Assembly (NCBI GenBank): GCA_964016885.1
Contig: OZ024741.1
Coordinates: 359,042,001-359,106,000, forward strand
DNA length: 64,000 bases
Origin: Eledone cirrhosa
Taxonomy: Eukaryota
Direction: 5' to 3'
The notes under the pieces: generated by a model
Database searches by the model: none
Seen by the model: only the letters and a program-made list of their open reading frames with translations
Told to the model about the DNA's origin: nothing
Translations under genes and position numbers: made by a program
Shown: positions 13,976 to 26,495 of the stretch, piece after piece
Layout of the letters: each line of letters starts with the position of its first letter
Numbering within the stretch: the first letter of the stretch is position 1

Positions 13976-14415
13976 GAAGGCGCATGGCTTAGTGGTTAGA
14001 GCATTGGGCTTGCAATTGAAAGGTTGTGAGTTCAATTCTCGGACTGGGTGATGTGTTGTTTCCTTGAGCAAGAAACTTTATTTCACATTGCTCCAGTTTA
14101 CTCAGCTGTAGAAACGAGATGATAGGACTTGGGTCCCTATAATTCCACTGCAAAGTGGTCGTGTAGGTGCTATGGCATAAAAGCACCCAGCCCACACTGT
14201 AAAGTGGTCGTGGAGGTGCCATGGAAAAAAAGCACCCAGCACTCACTGTAAATGAGGTTGGTGTTAGGAAGGGCATCCAGCTGTAGAAATCGAGCCAGAA
14301 TCAGTTCCCGTATGAGCAAGACAAGGTCAGCCGACCGACCAGACACTGCCCACAACAGGACAACCCATCTAACCCATGCTATCGTGGAAGAATGGACGTA
14401 AAACAGTGATGATGA
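13976..14415 (+). mobile_element. Second tandem full-length SINE with complete RTE-B 3' end
   Basis: Same head as 13611; tail 14150-14415 matches RTE-B 35565-35830 through ggacgtaaaac..tgatgat. Confidence 0.9.
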
Positions 14416-14440
14416 GATATATTTTTTTTTTTTTTTTTTT

Positions 14441-14720
14441 CTGGTGCCATGACAAAAAGCACTCCGTCCAGACTATTAAGTGGTCATGTTTGTATCAACA
14501 AAAAGCAACCAGTCCACACTGTAAAGTGGTTGTTTTGGTGCCATGATAAAAGGCACCCAGTCAACACTGTAAATGTGGTTGGCGTTAGGAAGGGCACCTA
14601 GCCAGAAGTGGTTCTGTGTGAGCAAGGCATGGTCATTTGATCTGACTTGTCTCACAACAGGACAACCTTTCTAACTCATGGTAACATGGAAAATGGATGC
14701 TAAAAGGTGATGAGGATGAT
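14441..14720 (+). mobile_element. Diverged RTE 3'UTR fragment
   Basis: Contains cacactgtaaa modules, ggcgttaggaagggca and a (GAT)-like end. Confidence 0.7.
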
Positions 14721-14895
14721 ATATATATATGAGACTGTGTGTAAGTGAGATGCAGACTCCTCTGCCTATCTGGGAAGTCAGCTGAACCGCTTCAGTACTG
14801 ACATTGTCTATGTACACCAGTCAAACCCTTGCTAGCAGGGAAAGCAGATGGTAAACGATGATGATGAATATTATTATTATATATATATATATATA

Positions 14896-15009
14896 TAGGA
14901 GTAAGTAAGACCCCGACGGCTGAGCTCAAGCCATTTCGACGGCTAATTCTGTACAGAATTAGCCGTCGAAACGGCTTGAGCTCAGCCATCGGGGTCTTAC
15001 TTACTCCTA
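14896..15009. repeat. 114-bp spacerless palindrome (MITE-like or foldback)
   Basis: Arms are centred between 14952 and 14953 (ctgt|acag) with only 2 mismatches, both CpG-type transitions. Confidence 0.9.
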
Positions 15010-15087
15010 TTACCCACTCTACTACCCTAAGTATTGAGTACTTTGGTGCATTATGGTCCACCTGGTTCCTTACTACTTTTCCCTCGC

Positions 15088-15104
15088 TATATATATATAT
15101 ATTT

Positions 15105-15179
<75 letters not shown>

Positions 15180-15268
15180 CATATATATACATATATTTAT
15201 ACATATATATACATATATTTATACATATATATACATATATTTATACATATATATACATATATTTATAC

Positions 15269-15315
<47 letters not shown>
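15088..15315. repeat. Imperfect (TA)n array with TTTATACA interruptions
   Basis: Direct reading. Confidence 0.95.
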
Positions 15316-15318
<3 letters not shown>

Positions 15319-15402
15319 GATGTCACAAAAAAATGTATACACACTTTGATTACCTGTAAAGGCAATATTTAAAGTGTGTATACATTTTTAATGAACATCC
15401 TG
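15316..15402. mobile_element. 87-bp Tc1/mariner-type MITE
   Basis: TIRs caggatgt..aaaaatgtatacacacttt / aaagtgtgtatacattttt..acatcctg, flanked by TA on both sides. Confidence 0.8.
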
Positions 15403-16671
15403 TATATATAAAATTAGAGAAGGATTAACAAAAGATATATATCAAAATAACAACATATATTTTCGGCATATGTTTTGATTGGTGCAGATAATACATACAT
15501 ATAATCATTTTTATGTCCATTTTTCCATGCTTATATGGGTTGGACAGGTTCTCTTTAGCACAGCATCTCTCCACTCGTTGATTTCCTTCAATCCTCTGTG
15601 AGTTTCAGCGATTTGAGATCAGCTCTTATCACCTCTACTCAGGTGTTCCTTCCACTGGGATTTCCTAGCACTTCGTCATTCAGTGATCATCATGGTATGG
15701 ACATATGATGTGAATTGATGATGACCGCTGGCTGAAGAAATGCCAGGAAATCCCAGCTGAAAAGAGCTGCAGAAGAGGTGATGAGAACTGATCTCAAATT
15801 ACTGAGATTCACAGAGGAGATGATGAAGGAATGCAGTGAGTGGAGATATGCTGTGCTGAAAAGCCCTCTCTGACCCATGCAAACATAAATCATAAAAATG
15901 ATGATGATGATATATATATACACACATACACACATCTATATATATATATATACACACACGCGCATATATATATATATACATACAAATATGCATATATATA
16001 TATATACAGATATATATATACAAACATATCTATATATGTGTATGTATGTATATATATATATAAGGGATAACAAAATATCGTTATAGGTAATCCAGTTAGA
16101 GGTTGTGAATAGTCTGTATTGTGGATAGTTTTAGCGTACGGCGTTGTTTGACTCAACAAGAGGTTTCCGTAGGTGGCGAGTTTATGAGTTCTCTTGCATT
16201 CCTATGTAAGTTTATCTTGGAGTAATAATATTGAACGAGTGAAGAATAACATGGTCAACAGTACAAAAAAAGGGTTTTATTTAGAGTATTAACAATTGTT
16301 TCACTGATTAAGTTTGCTGAACACTTGAACCTGTATATATATATATATATATATATGCACACATGCAATTTATCTCCTGCTGATATCCTCGTTTTCCCAT
16401 ATCTTTCCTTATCTTCTATTTCTCCATTTTGTGGACATGTTTTTCAAGTTTCTATATGAGCCACTATCATGTTGTAAATAGAATCAGCAGTTTTATCATT
16501 CAGTTCATATTTCAGGTTTGAAATCTGTTATTGATTTCTGATGAGTAAGTGATATTTACTTGTTAATCACTAATCAATTAGCTCCAATCATAGAACTCCT
16601 CTTTTTTTTCTTTTTTTTTTTACAGTTATTTCTATTTTATTCTTGCTGGATTGATCAGATCCAACTGAGTA

Positions 16672-17020
16672 TATCATCATCATCATCATTTTATGTCCGC
16701 TTTCCCTGCTTGCAAGGGTGGGACGGGAACTGATTCTGGCTTGATTTCTACAGCTGGATGCCCTTCCTAACACCAACCTCATTTACAGTGAGTGCTGGGC
16801 GTTTTTTTTCCGTGGCGCCTACACGTCCACTTTACAGTGTGGGCTGGGTGGTTTTTTTGCCGTGGCACCTCCACGACCACTTCTACAGCTGAGTAAACTG
16901 GAGCAATGTGAAATAAAGTGTCTTGCTCAAGGAAACAACACATCACCCGGTCTGGGAATTGAACTCACAACCTTTCGATTGCAAAGCCAATGCTCTAACC
17001 ACTAGGCCATGTGCCGCCAT
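16672..17020 (-). mobile_element. tRNA/CORE SINE with RTE-B-like tail (internal deletion)
   Basis: Reverse complement of the 13611-type element, with a (CAT)n tail at the left end and TA at the right end. Confidence 0.9.
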
Positions 17021-17276
17021 ATATATATATATATATACATTTGTAAAGGTGCAATTAGATTGAGAAAGACCTGGTCAGAGGTGGTCAGAACTGACCTCAA
17101 ATTGCTGAGACTCAGAGATGACAAAGAAACGTAGTGAACTGAGAGATGATGTGCTGAGGAGAGCCTGTCCAAGCATGGAAAAAAATGATGATGATATATA
17201 TATATATATAGTTGTAAAGGTGCAATTGAATTGCGTTCACAAGCGGTATGCCAAGATGAGCACTAAATGCTATCAA

Positions 17277-17538
17277 CAATAATAATTAGGGCACAAAGAA
17301 TCCGTATTGCATTCTATACATATTTAATTACATATTACATATGTTTCACTAATGATCAGTCATGCTCATTTGGATGTGAGTCTACATGGGAGAACACATA
17401 TCTGAGGAGCTTTCTATTCCAGAGTCAGGATCGAACATATTCGATCGTTCCTCAAGCTGATTGGCAGTGAAACATATGTAATATGTGATTATATATGTAT
17501 ATGATGCAACACCAATTCTTTGTTCCCTAATTATTATA
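17277..17538. mobile_element. Foldback element containing a type I hammerhead ribozyme motif
   Basis: 17277-17360 is inverted relative to 17455-17538; the HHR motif lies at 17395-17487. Confidence 0.7.
17395..17487 (+). ncRNA. Putative type I hammerhead ribozyme
   Basis: CACATAT-CTGAGGA-[~60 nt]-GAAA-CATATG-TA-ATATGTG: 7-bp stem I, palindromic stem III (ACATATGT), GUA cleavage triplet. Confidence 0.6.
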
Positions 17539-17540
17539 TA

Positions 17541-18419
17541 CAGGGTGCGGACGATATCTGTTCGCAATTTTCAACTGCTAATTTTATGCAAATTTTTTTT
17601 ACTTCCGTTGTCACTCTTGTCTTCATAAAAACAGTGACTATATTTCCATTATTTATTTTCAGAATAATTGATTATGAATAATTTTGAACCTCCAAATTTG
17701 TGGAAGAGACACAGTTCTTCTTGGAATCCGTGCCGGGAAGACAAATAAGACCAGAAGATCAACTCCCAGAACAACAGGTGGCTCGCTGTCTCATCCAAAG
17801 ACGTGCCCAGAGTCATGTAGACAAAGTTTCCAGCGACAACATTGGTCTTAGGTGTCGTCAGCAGTCAAGGTGACGCCATGCCACCTCACTTCTTCCCTGA
17901 GGGCCTCAAACTGAACACCGATGGCTACATCTGCGTTCTGAGAGAGGTAGTAAAGCCCTGGATCGACCAGGTAGCTACAGGTAGGGCGCACGTGTGGCAG
18001 CAAGACTCAGCGCCCTGACATACCAGCTGAAAGACCCAAGCCTGGCTGTCAGAAAACTTCATCGACTACACTTCACCCGACATCTGGCCTCCCAGCTCGC
18101 CTGACTGCAACCCCCTCAACTTCTTTGTGTGGGGCGCAGTAGAATGAGACACCAACAGATCTAGCTGCAATACAAAAGACGATCTGAAGGCCAGGATCAC
18201 AAGTGCCTTTAGGGGGACAGTGACGAAGGCCTGTAGCCGGTTCCAAGGCCGCCTTGAGGTCGTCATTAAAGCCAATGGCGGGTTTATCGAGTGAGATCGA
18301 AAGAACAAGTCATGAAGACAAACTGACCCAAGTTTGATAAATATATCTTAAAAAATAAAACTACTGTGTTATTTTTTTCCTAGACAGTAATCTTGCGAAC
18401 AGATATCATCCGCACCCTG
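17541..18419 (+). mobile_element. Internally deleted Tc1/mariner DD37D (maT-type) transposon
   Basis: ~27-bp TIRs cagggtgcggacgatatctgttcgcaa / ttgcgaacagatatcatccgcaccctg with TA TSD. Remnant WQQDSAP*HTS*KTQAWL...WPPSSPDCNPLNFFVW has 37 residues between the 2nd D and the 3rd catalytic position (here N). Confidence 0.9.
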
Positions 18420-18559
18420 TATATATATATATTTATTATAAGAACAGATTAAATTTTAAGCAAAGAATCGCTGCTTTCACCCTTAACGGGATCTTCTGAA
18501 ACTGAGTTTCAAATAAATATTTTGTTCTACAGGTTTTATATATATTTATATATATATAA

Positions 18560-18775
18560 TTTACTCAGCTGTAGAAATGAGATGAAAGGGACTGGGGTCC
18601 CTATCATTCCACTGCAAAGTGGTCGTGGAGGTGCACGGCAAAAAAGCACCCAGCACTCACTGTAAATGAGGTTGGTGTTAGGAAGGGCATCCAGCTGTAG
18701 AAATCAAGCCAGAATCAGTTCCCGTCCCACCCTTGCAAGCAGGGAAAAGCGGACGTAGGATGAAATGATGATGAT
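18560..18775 (+). mobile_element. 5'-truncated SINE inserted in a relic of the 33786-34308 foldback family
   Basis: Tail matches the 13611 SINE. Flanks 18430-18505 and 18777-18822 match 33870-33945 and (inverted) 33790-33833. Confidence 0.8.
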
Positions 18776-19391
18776 AATCCTTATCGAGCCCTCTTCGGAT
18801 TTTAGTCTTCGTTTATTATTATTGCTACACACACACACACACACACACACAACAACCATTTTAAAGCCCCCCCCCCCTAAATTCCTATGTTCTCCAAGAC
18901 ATGAAGCCTTTGTGAGGCAATGTTTTACAGCTGCCAACCCCTTCAGTCACATCTTACAACACAGGGATGAGGTGTACCTATTCTCAACTAGATACACGCA
19001 GGTATACTGGGTATCTATTCTAAACCAGATAACACAGGTATATAGTATAACTAATATAAACCAAATACTTGCAGAATAAAAGAATAAAAGCATGAATCAG
19101 TTATTGTTAGTGCTATAAATGCAACAGTAGCGACCATTCTTACAATTGCGGACCATTCAACAATAGATTTTGTCATTTTAGGAATCAATCAATATTATTT
19201 TCAGTTCTTATTTAAAAAGAGAGACATTTACTTTAAACATTTTTTTTTTACATTTATTTTTCACTCTATTGTGTTGTGGGAGTTCTTCAGAATCAGCAAT
19301 TTCTGTAACTAATTCTAACAAATAATTTCTCCCCCACCTCTCTCTCTTATATCACCATCATCATTTTACACCTACATTTTCATGCTTATAT

Positions 19392-19423
<32 letters not shown>

Positions 19424-19559
19424 ATATATGTATATGTGTGTGAGTGTGTATGTATTCCATTCAACAATAATTTGAAAATGTCTTCAGGCTAGTTACAAAT
19501 AATTAGACAAATATATTAACATGTTTTATTATGTAAGAATTTATAGCCATTATTACAGC

Positions 19560-19755
19560 AAGGCGGTGGATTGGCAGTATTGATATAGCAGCAGACACCA
19601 TGCTTTGCAGTATAGAGTTATGGCCCTTCATGTTCTGAGTTCAAATCCCGCTGAGGTTAACTTTGCCTTTCATCCTTACGGGGTTGATACAATAAAGTAC
19701 CAGTAATACACTGGGGTAATTGCTGGACTTGTGCCAAACGTAGAACCAATTATTA
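19560..19755 (+). mobile_element. Second SINE family copy (Meta-domain-like centre)
   Basis: B-box gagttcaaatccc and ttgcctttcatccttacggggttgatacaataaagtaccag; ends in a ttatta tail. Confidence 0.75.
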
Positions 19756-20279
19756 CAGCACTGTTAAGATTCCAAATCTGCACTGTGTTACCATTGGTCA
19801 ATCATTTTTTTGCAAGAAAAAAAGAAAAAATGAAAGTGCTTAAAGGTAATAAAAAAGCGGTCAGAAAAATCATTAGCATTTCCCTTCATATCTTAGAGGG
19901 TTACCTTTTGATACCAAACCATACGAAACAGCCCCTAGTTCTATGATACAAACCTGTCTATTTTAAAGTTCTATATCTATTTAAAAATTTTCCATTATTA
20001 TAATTTTATGTAAGAACCTATATTAAGTTATGTTCCAAACATCAATTTAACTCTTTTTATACCAAATCACCTGCAACTGCACCTAGTTCTATGATACAAA
20101 GCTGTTTATGTTAAAGTGTTTATATTTATTTAAAAACTTTCCATAATCTTATTTATGTAAGAACCTTTGTTGAGTTATTTATTAAATATCAGCTTTTGAT
20201 GCTGAACCACTTTAAACTACTTCTAATTCTACAATACAAAACTGTTTTAAAGTGTTTATATTTATCTAAAACGTTTCCA

Positions 20280-20462
20280 GGTGAATTGGCAGTGGATCGG
20301 ACACCATGCTTTGCAGCAAAGAATTATGGCCCTTTATGGTCTGAGTTCAAATCCCGTCAAGGTTAACTTTGCCTTTCATCTTTACGGGGGTCGATAAAAT
20401 AAAGTACCAGTAATACACTGGGATAATTGCCGGCTTTGTGCCAAAAGTAGAAACAATTATAA
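20280..20462 (+). mobile_element. Second SINE family copy
   Basis: Closely similar to 19560-19755. Confidence 0.75.
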
Positions 20463-21104
20463 ATTTATGTAAGAACTTTTTGTTAAGCTATGTTACAAAC
20501 ATTAGCTTAATAACAGAGTACTTACTAAATTCCTCCGATATTTTTCGAAATTATTTGAAAATTATAGGCAGAATCTTTCATTAAAAATATTATAATGAAA
20601 AGGTGAAAGTATCCAGTTATTGAACTTGAGACCACCCCGGGGCACTACCTTTAAATGTTTTAGTTTATTTTATCATATCAACCCCAGTAATCACTTCAGT
20701 TTGGTATTTATTTTATGAATAGCTAAGTTATCTTTTGATAAGATGTAAAAGTGGTCAGTGTTATTTACAAATCACACATATGCAAGTTTAGTTGGCCTCC
20801 GATGAAGTTGTAACCCCCAGGAAGTTTCTCGGATATTTTAATGATAGGGGCTCCAATCCTATCATGAAAATCAATATGAAATGAAATTATTTGCTCAAAA
20901 ACAAAATGGACTACCGCGTCCAAGAATTGAACCCACAGCCTTTTGATCATCAGTCAAGCCCCCTAATTACCAGACTATATGCCTTCACAGTTTATTTAAC
21001 TCCCTGTGTATTTATCTATTGATTTAACACCTTCCTTCACCCACTTCTCTAGCCAAAATTAATTACCTATTTAAAGACAAATTCACCTAAAGACAAATTC
21101 ACCT

Positions 21105-24100
21105 CGTGGACGAGAATGCAAGCACTCCTCTTTGTTTCGGCCGCGGATGGCTAACATAACCCCATCTCCCCCCGCTCCCCACCGCTCTCACCCTCCAAAC
21201 GCAATCCAAAACTTCAGAGTTGGTACCATAAATGTAGGCACCTTAAAGGGTCGCTCTAACGAGGTTGTAGAAATGCTCGAACGTAAGGAGGTCGATGTTT
21301 GTTGTATTCAAGAGACCAGGTGGAGGGGTGGGTCTGCTAGATTCATTGAGGGTAAAAAACGATGCTATAAGCTTTTCTGGGTGGGAAATGACGATGGGCT
21401 GGGTGGAGTAGGATTCATGGTAGCAGAAAAGTGGGCAGATAAGATAATAGACGTAAATAGAGTGAACGACAGAATAATTAAAATAAGACTTGTCCTCAAT
21501 AGAACTACGGTGACAGTAATATCTGCGTACGCACCCCAATCCGGACTACCCGACACTATAAAAGACAGATTCTATGAGACACTGATGCTCACTACCTCCC
21601 AAATAACCGACAGTGACTATATAATTATTGCAGGCAACCTAAATGGTCACGTTGGACAACATTGTGACGGCTACGATGAAATCCATGGAGGCTATGGGTT
21701 TGGTACTAGAAATGAGGAAGGCTCCAGAATCCTGGAATTCTGTGACGCAAATAACCTAACTATCTGTAACACTAACTTCAAAAAACGTGACAATCACCTG
21801 ATCACCTATAGATCCGGGGAACACACAAGCCAGGTAGATTATATCCTTACCAGAAGACTAAACACTAAATCCCTCCCACACGAAGAATGCACCTCCCAAC
21901 ATAGACTGATAATTAGCGACCTCATAGTCAGGACGAGACGTACTCGACAGCAGAAGAGGACTATCCTCAGGAGAAAAATATGGAAGCTAAAGGACCCCAC
22001 AGCCAGAAATAAATTCCAAAGCATATTACTTGATGCTTTCGACAGTAAGGAAGAGCATTTAGAGTCGGACAATATAGAGGGACAGTGGGAATTCCTGAAA
22101 GCAAACCTGCTGATGGTGGCAGACGAAGTCTGTGGCTGGAGCAGGCCTGTAGGCAGGAGGAGAGTAACATGGTGGTGGAACGGTAAGGTGGAGGGGTCAA
22201 TTAAGGCCAAAAAGCAGGCTTGGAAAGTATGGCGGGATGGGGGAAGTAGAGAAGACTCAAGTGGCCAGGAGAGAAGCTAGGAGACAAGTGTACTTCGCAA
22301 GAAGGGAAGCAGAGGAAAGAAAGTTCAAGCATGTTCTACAACGCGAGGACCAAAAACGTGAGGTGTTCAGGATTGCTAGGCAATGTGTCAAGGAAAACCG
22401 TGATATTGTCGGGGAGAAGTGTGTACTTAATGATGACGGCGTACTTGCCATCACCGATGCTGATAAGAAGGTAGCTTGGAAGTGTCACTATGAAAGGCTA
22501 CTAAATGAGGAGAATAAATGGGAGAAAGACAGTCTCCCCCACATCGACCCAATAGAGGGACCAGCAGTGTTAGTCGAGGGTAGTATAATAAGTAAGGCAA
22601 TCAAGGATATGAAGACGGGTAAGGCGGCTGGGCTTTCGGAAATAGTTGCTGAGATGCTGAAGGCATCTGGCACGGTGGGACACACCATGGTCACCCGGAT
22701 AGTTAACCAAGTCGTACAGAATGGGGTTGTTCCGAAGGACTGGCATAGCAGCATCATCGTTAACTGTTATAAGGGTAAAGGAGATGCCCTAGATAGGAGT
22801 AACTATAGAAGCATTAAATTAATCGACCAGGTCATGAAGGTCACGGAAAAAGTAATAGCGCAACTAATCAGAGAGAGAATTGACCTAGATGAAATGCAGT
22901 TCGGGTTTGTGTCAGGCAAAAGTACCACAGACGCTCTTTTCATTGTACGACAACTACAGGAGAAGTACCTAGCTAAAAGTAAACCCCTCTACTTAGCTTT
23001 TGTCGACTTGGAGAAAGCCTTCGACAGAGTCCCCCATTCCATTATCTGGTGGGCCCTTAGAAAACTAGGTGTCGACGAATGGCTTGTGAGAGCTATACAA
23101 GCCATGTATAAAGAAACAGTCAGCAAGGTTAGAATTAACAACGAATATAGTGAAGAGTTTAGCGTAAAAGTTGGCGTCCATCAGGGCTCTGTTCTCAGCC
23201 CCCTACTATTTATTATTGCCCTTCAGGCTATAACAGAGGAGTTCAAGACCGGCTGCCCATGGGAACTCCTATACGCAGATGACCTAACACTCATAGCTGA
23301 ATCAATGGCCGAGCTAGAGAAGAAATTCCAAACATGGAAGCACAGCCTAGAATCAAAAGGCCTTAAAATTAATCTGGCTAAGACCAAAGTTCTAGTTTGT
23401 AGGAAAGAAAATAAGGCGGCGGTCCCTTCCAGGAAGTGGCCATGCTCAGTGTGTAGGAAAGGCGTAGGTAGAAACTCCATGTTGTGTCAGAAATGCAAAG
23501 TATGGGTGCATAAAAGATGTAGTGGGATTACAGGTAAGCTAACTAAGAACATAGATTTCACATGTGGCCGGTGCTCTGGTGCAATAAGTAGCAGCAAGTG
23601 CCCACAAAATACTAGCTCTTTCAACTGCGCAGAGGGCTCTATAGAAATAGTAGACAGCTTCCGTTACCTGGGTGACAAAATCAGCAGTGGGGGAGGGTGC
23701 TCTGAAAGTACAGTAGCTAGAGTCAGAACTGGATGGAAAAAGTTCAGAGAGCTTATACCACTATTAGCCGCTAAAGGGTTCTCCCTAAAAACGAAAGGCA
23801 GGTTGTATGATGCCTGCATACGAACAGCAATGTTGCATGGCAGTGAGACCTGGGCATTGTGTGCAGAGGATATACGCAGACTAGAGAGGAACAAAGCTTG
23901 CATGCTCTGCTGGATGTGTAATAGTAATATACGTGAACGGCAAAGCATAAACGAACTAAGGAAAAAATTAGAAATAAGAGGGATCAGATGTTGTTTACTC
24001 GAGAGAAGGCTACGTTGGTATGGACACGTGATGTGCATGAAAGTCGATAGCTGTATAACAAAGTGCAGGGCAATAAAGATAGACGGTAGCCACGGAATAG

Positions 24101-24613
24101 GCAGACCTAGAAAAACCTGGGACGAGCTGATAAACTCCGACCTCACACACTTACACCTCTCCAAGACAATGTCACTGGACCGAGACCTTTGGCGGTACTC
24201 AGTAATAGAGAAGACCCGCCTTACCTAAATACATAGTAAAACCTACTACAGTCAGTAGGCATCTCTAACAAAATACACCCCCGTCCCACCACCACCACCC
24301 CATCCACACCGCCCCCTTCTATGTAAAGTTATGTTGGTGCCACACCATCCAGGCCGAAACAAATGAGATCGTGTAGGTGTCACGACAAAAAAACACACAG
24401 TCCACGCTGTAATGTGGCCGTGTAGGCAACACGGTAAAAACCTCCCAGCCCCACACTGTAAATGTGGTTGGTGTTAGGAAGGGCATCCAACTGTAGAAAA
24501 CCTGCCAGACAGTCCTATGCGAGCAAGACAATCACTCTTGCCTCAAGTGGGAAAACCCCCGTCCAAACCCATGCAAGCGTGGAACACGGACGTTAAACGT
24601 TGATGATGATGAT
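21105..24613 (+). mobile_element. Near-full-length RTE-clade LINE (subfamily A), inactivated
   Basis: Single APE-RT ORF broken by a 2-bp deletion near 22257, a 21-bp in-frame deletion near 21858 and GDLN->GNLN; short 5' leader, modular 3'UTR and (GAT)n tail. Confidence 0.95.
21147..24228 (+). pseudogene. RTE ORF: AP endonuclease + reverse transcriptase with inserted C4HC3 finger (frameshifted)
   Basis: [62 protein letters not shown]. Confidence 0.93.
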
Positions 24614-26129
24614 TTATATATTTCCTATTTATATATTTTGGAGAGAAAATGTCATAACTTTATTTGTTTATTTAATATTCCATTTATAATAAACTTGCCC
24701 AACAAAGGGTTGATAATAAAATGCATTTAATGACAATTATATTATTGTAAATCTTGACAAAAACCTTGTTTCATAGCTAGATTAGGAGGACGCTTCAGTG
24801 GTGTTAAATACATGACAATCTTTTTAGTGCAGGTCCATCTGAGAGGTAGTAGCCCCAATCAAGTACTAGCATGTTTGATGATGGTGATGAATTAAAAGAT
24901 TCCTATGCTAAGAAGACAGCTTTTTACAATATTTGTTATTGGAAATTCTATTATTGGGGGGGGGGGGGTATTTTGGGGTAGTTTTTTAATAAAAAAGATT
25001 AATTTTGTTTTTCTATTCAATTTTTAATTTAAAAAATCCATTCTTTAATTTTTTTATCGATTTTTTTTATTTATATAAAATTATATTTGTCTTGAAATTT
25101 TTTTTATTTATATTCTTATTAAAAAAGTGTTTTCTATTTTTATTTTTTAAATATCTTTTTATGGAAGCTGACAAAAAAATAAGCTGACAGCATGGTTTAC
25201 ATTATTTTTTTTTCAATTCATTAAGAATTTTTGGTTAATCAGCAGATTATGTAAACAGATTATTGATTATAACCAATAATACTAAGATTAAATCTCCAAT
25301 AAATCATATATCTCCAACTTATCAAAGACTTATCTAAGACTCTTCACTTTTAATTCAAGATACAATTTGGTAGAGAAATTGCATCAGACTAGGTATTCGT
25401 GAAAGTGTCAGACAAAATGCCATGGGGTGTTTGTTCCACCTCCTTACATTCTGAGTCCACATCCTACTGAGGTAAGTTTTGTCTTTAATTCTTCTGGTGT
25501 TGATAAATAAAGTACCAATTTTGGGCAGTTGATTGACTGAGTCATTAACTCTTTAGCATTTAAAATGGCTGTATCTGGCCAAAATTCCATCACCTCTTTC
25601 TGTTCAAACTGGCTGTAACTGGCCACTCATACTGATGTTAAGGTATTGTTCTTAAAATAAATAATATCAAATGTCATAGATTCGAAATTATGTGAGATAA
25701 ACCCGTTACCATGAAAATATAATAGTAAATATAAAGTAATGTAAATGTTTAAGGATTAAAGCATTGGAAATGATGCTTTGTGGTCTTTATCCTTGATCTT
25801 ACATTAGAAATATGATAACAAAAAAGTTAATGATTGCATTGGATTGGCCGAATTATTTGCCCTTCAGACAAAATGTCTGTAATATTTAGTCACGGCACTT
25901 TGCAATCTGAGATAAAATCCTACAAAGATCAATTTTGCCTTTCCCCCTTTTGAGGAATAATAAAATATAGTACCTGTCATCTAATGAGGTCATTTTAATC
26001 AGTAGTTCTGATATATAGGACACACACTTCCCCACTTAAGGAATATTTCATCATTTCATTTTCCTTCACTTCCCTAAAATATTGATTTTCTTTGAAGGCA
26101 CTGGGCCAATTCTTGTTGAAGAGAGGTAC

Positions 26130-26495
26130 TGCCATCATTATATATTAATTAATCATCATGATTGTCATCATGATCATTGTAGTATTCATCAACTTCATAA
26201 TATTAATAATCATCAAACTAATCATCATCATCATCTTCAATATTATATTAAACATCAGTTATTATATTAATCATCATCAACATTACATTATTAATCATAA
26301 TCAACATTACATTATTAATCATCATCATCATCATATTACTCATTGCCCTCACCATTATGAGGATCAATATCATAATCATCAACCTCATCACATCATTAAC
26401 CATCATCATCATCATCATATTATTCATCATCCCCATTATGACATTCAGGATCATGATCATTGTCGTAATCATCATCATCATCATTATTGTCATCG
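26130..26495. repeat. Degenerate (CAT)n/(ATT)n low-complexity tract
   Basis: Direct reading. Confidence 0.9.
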
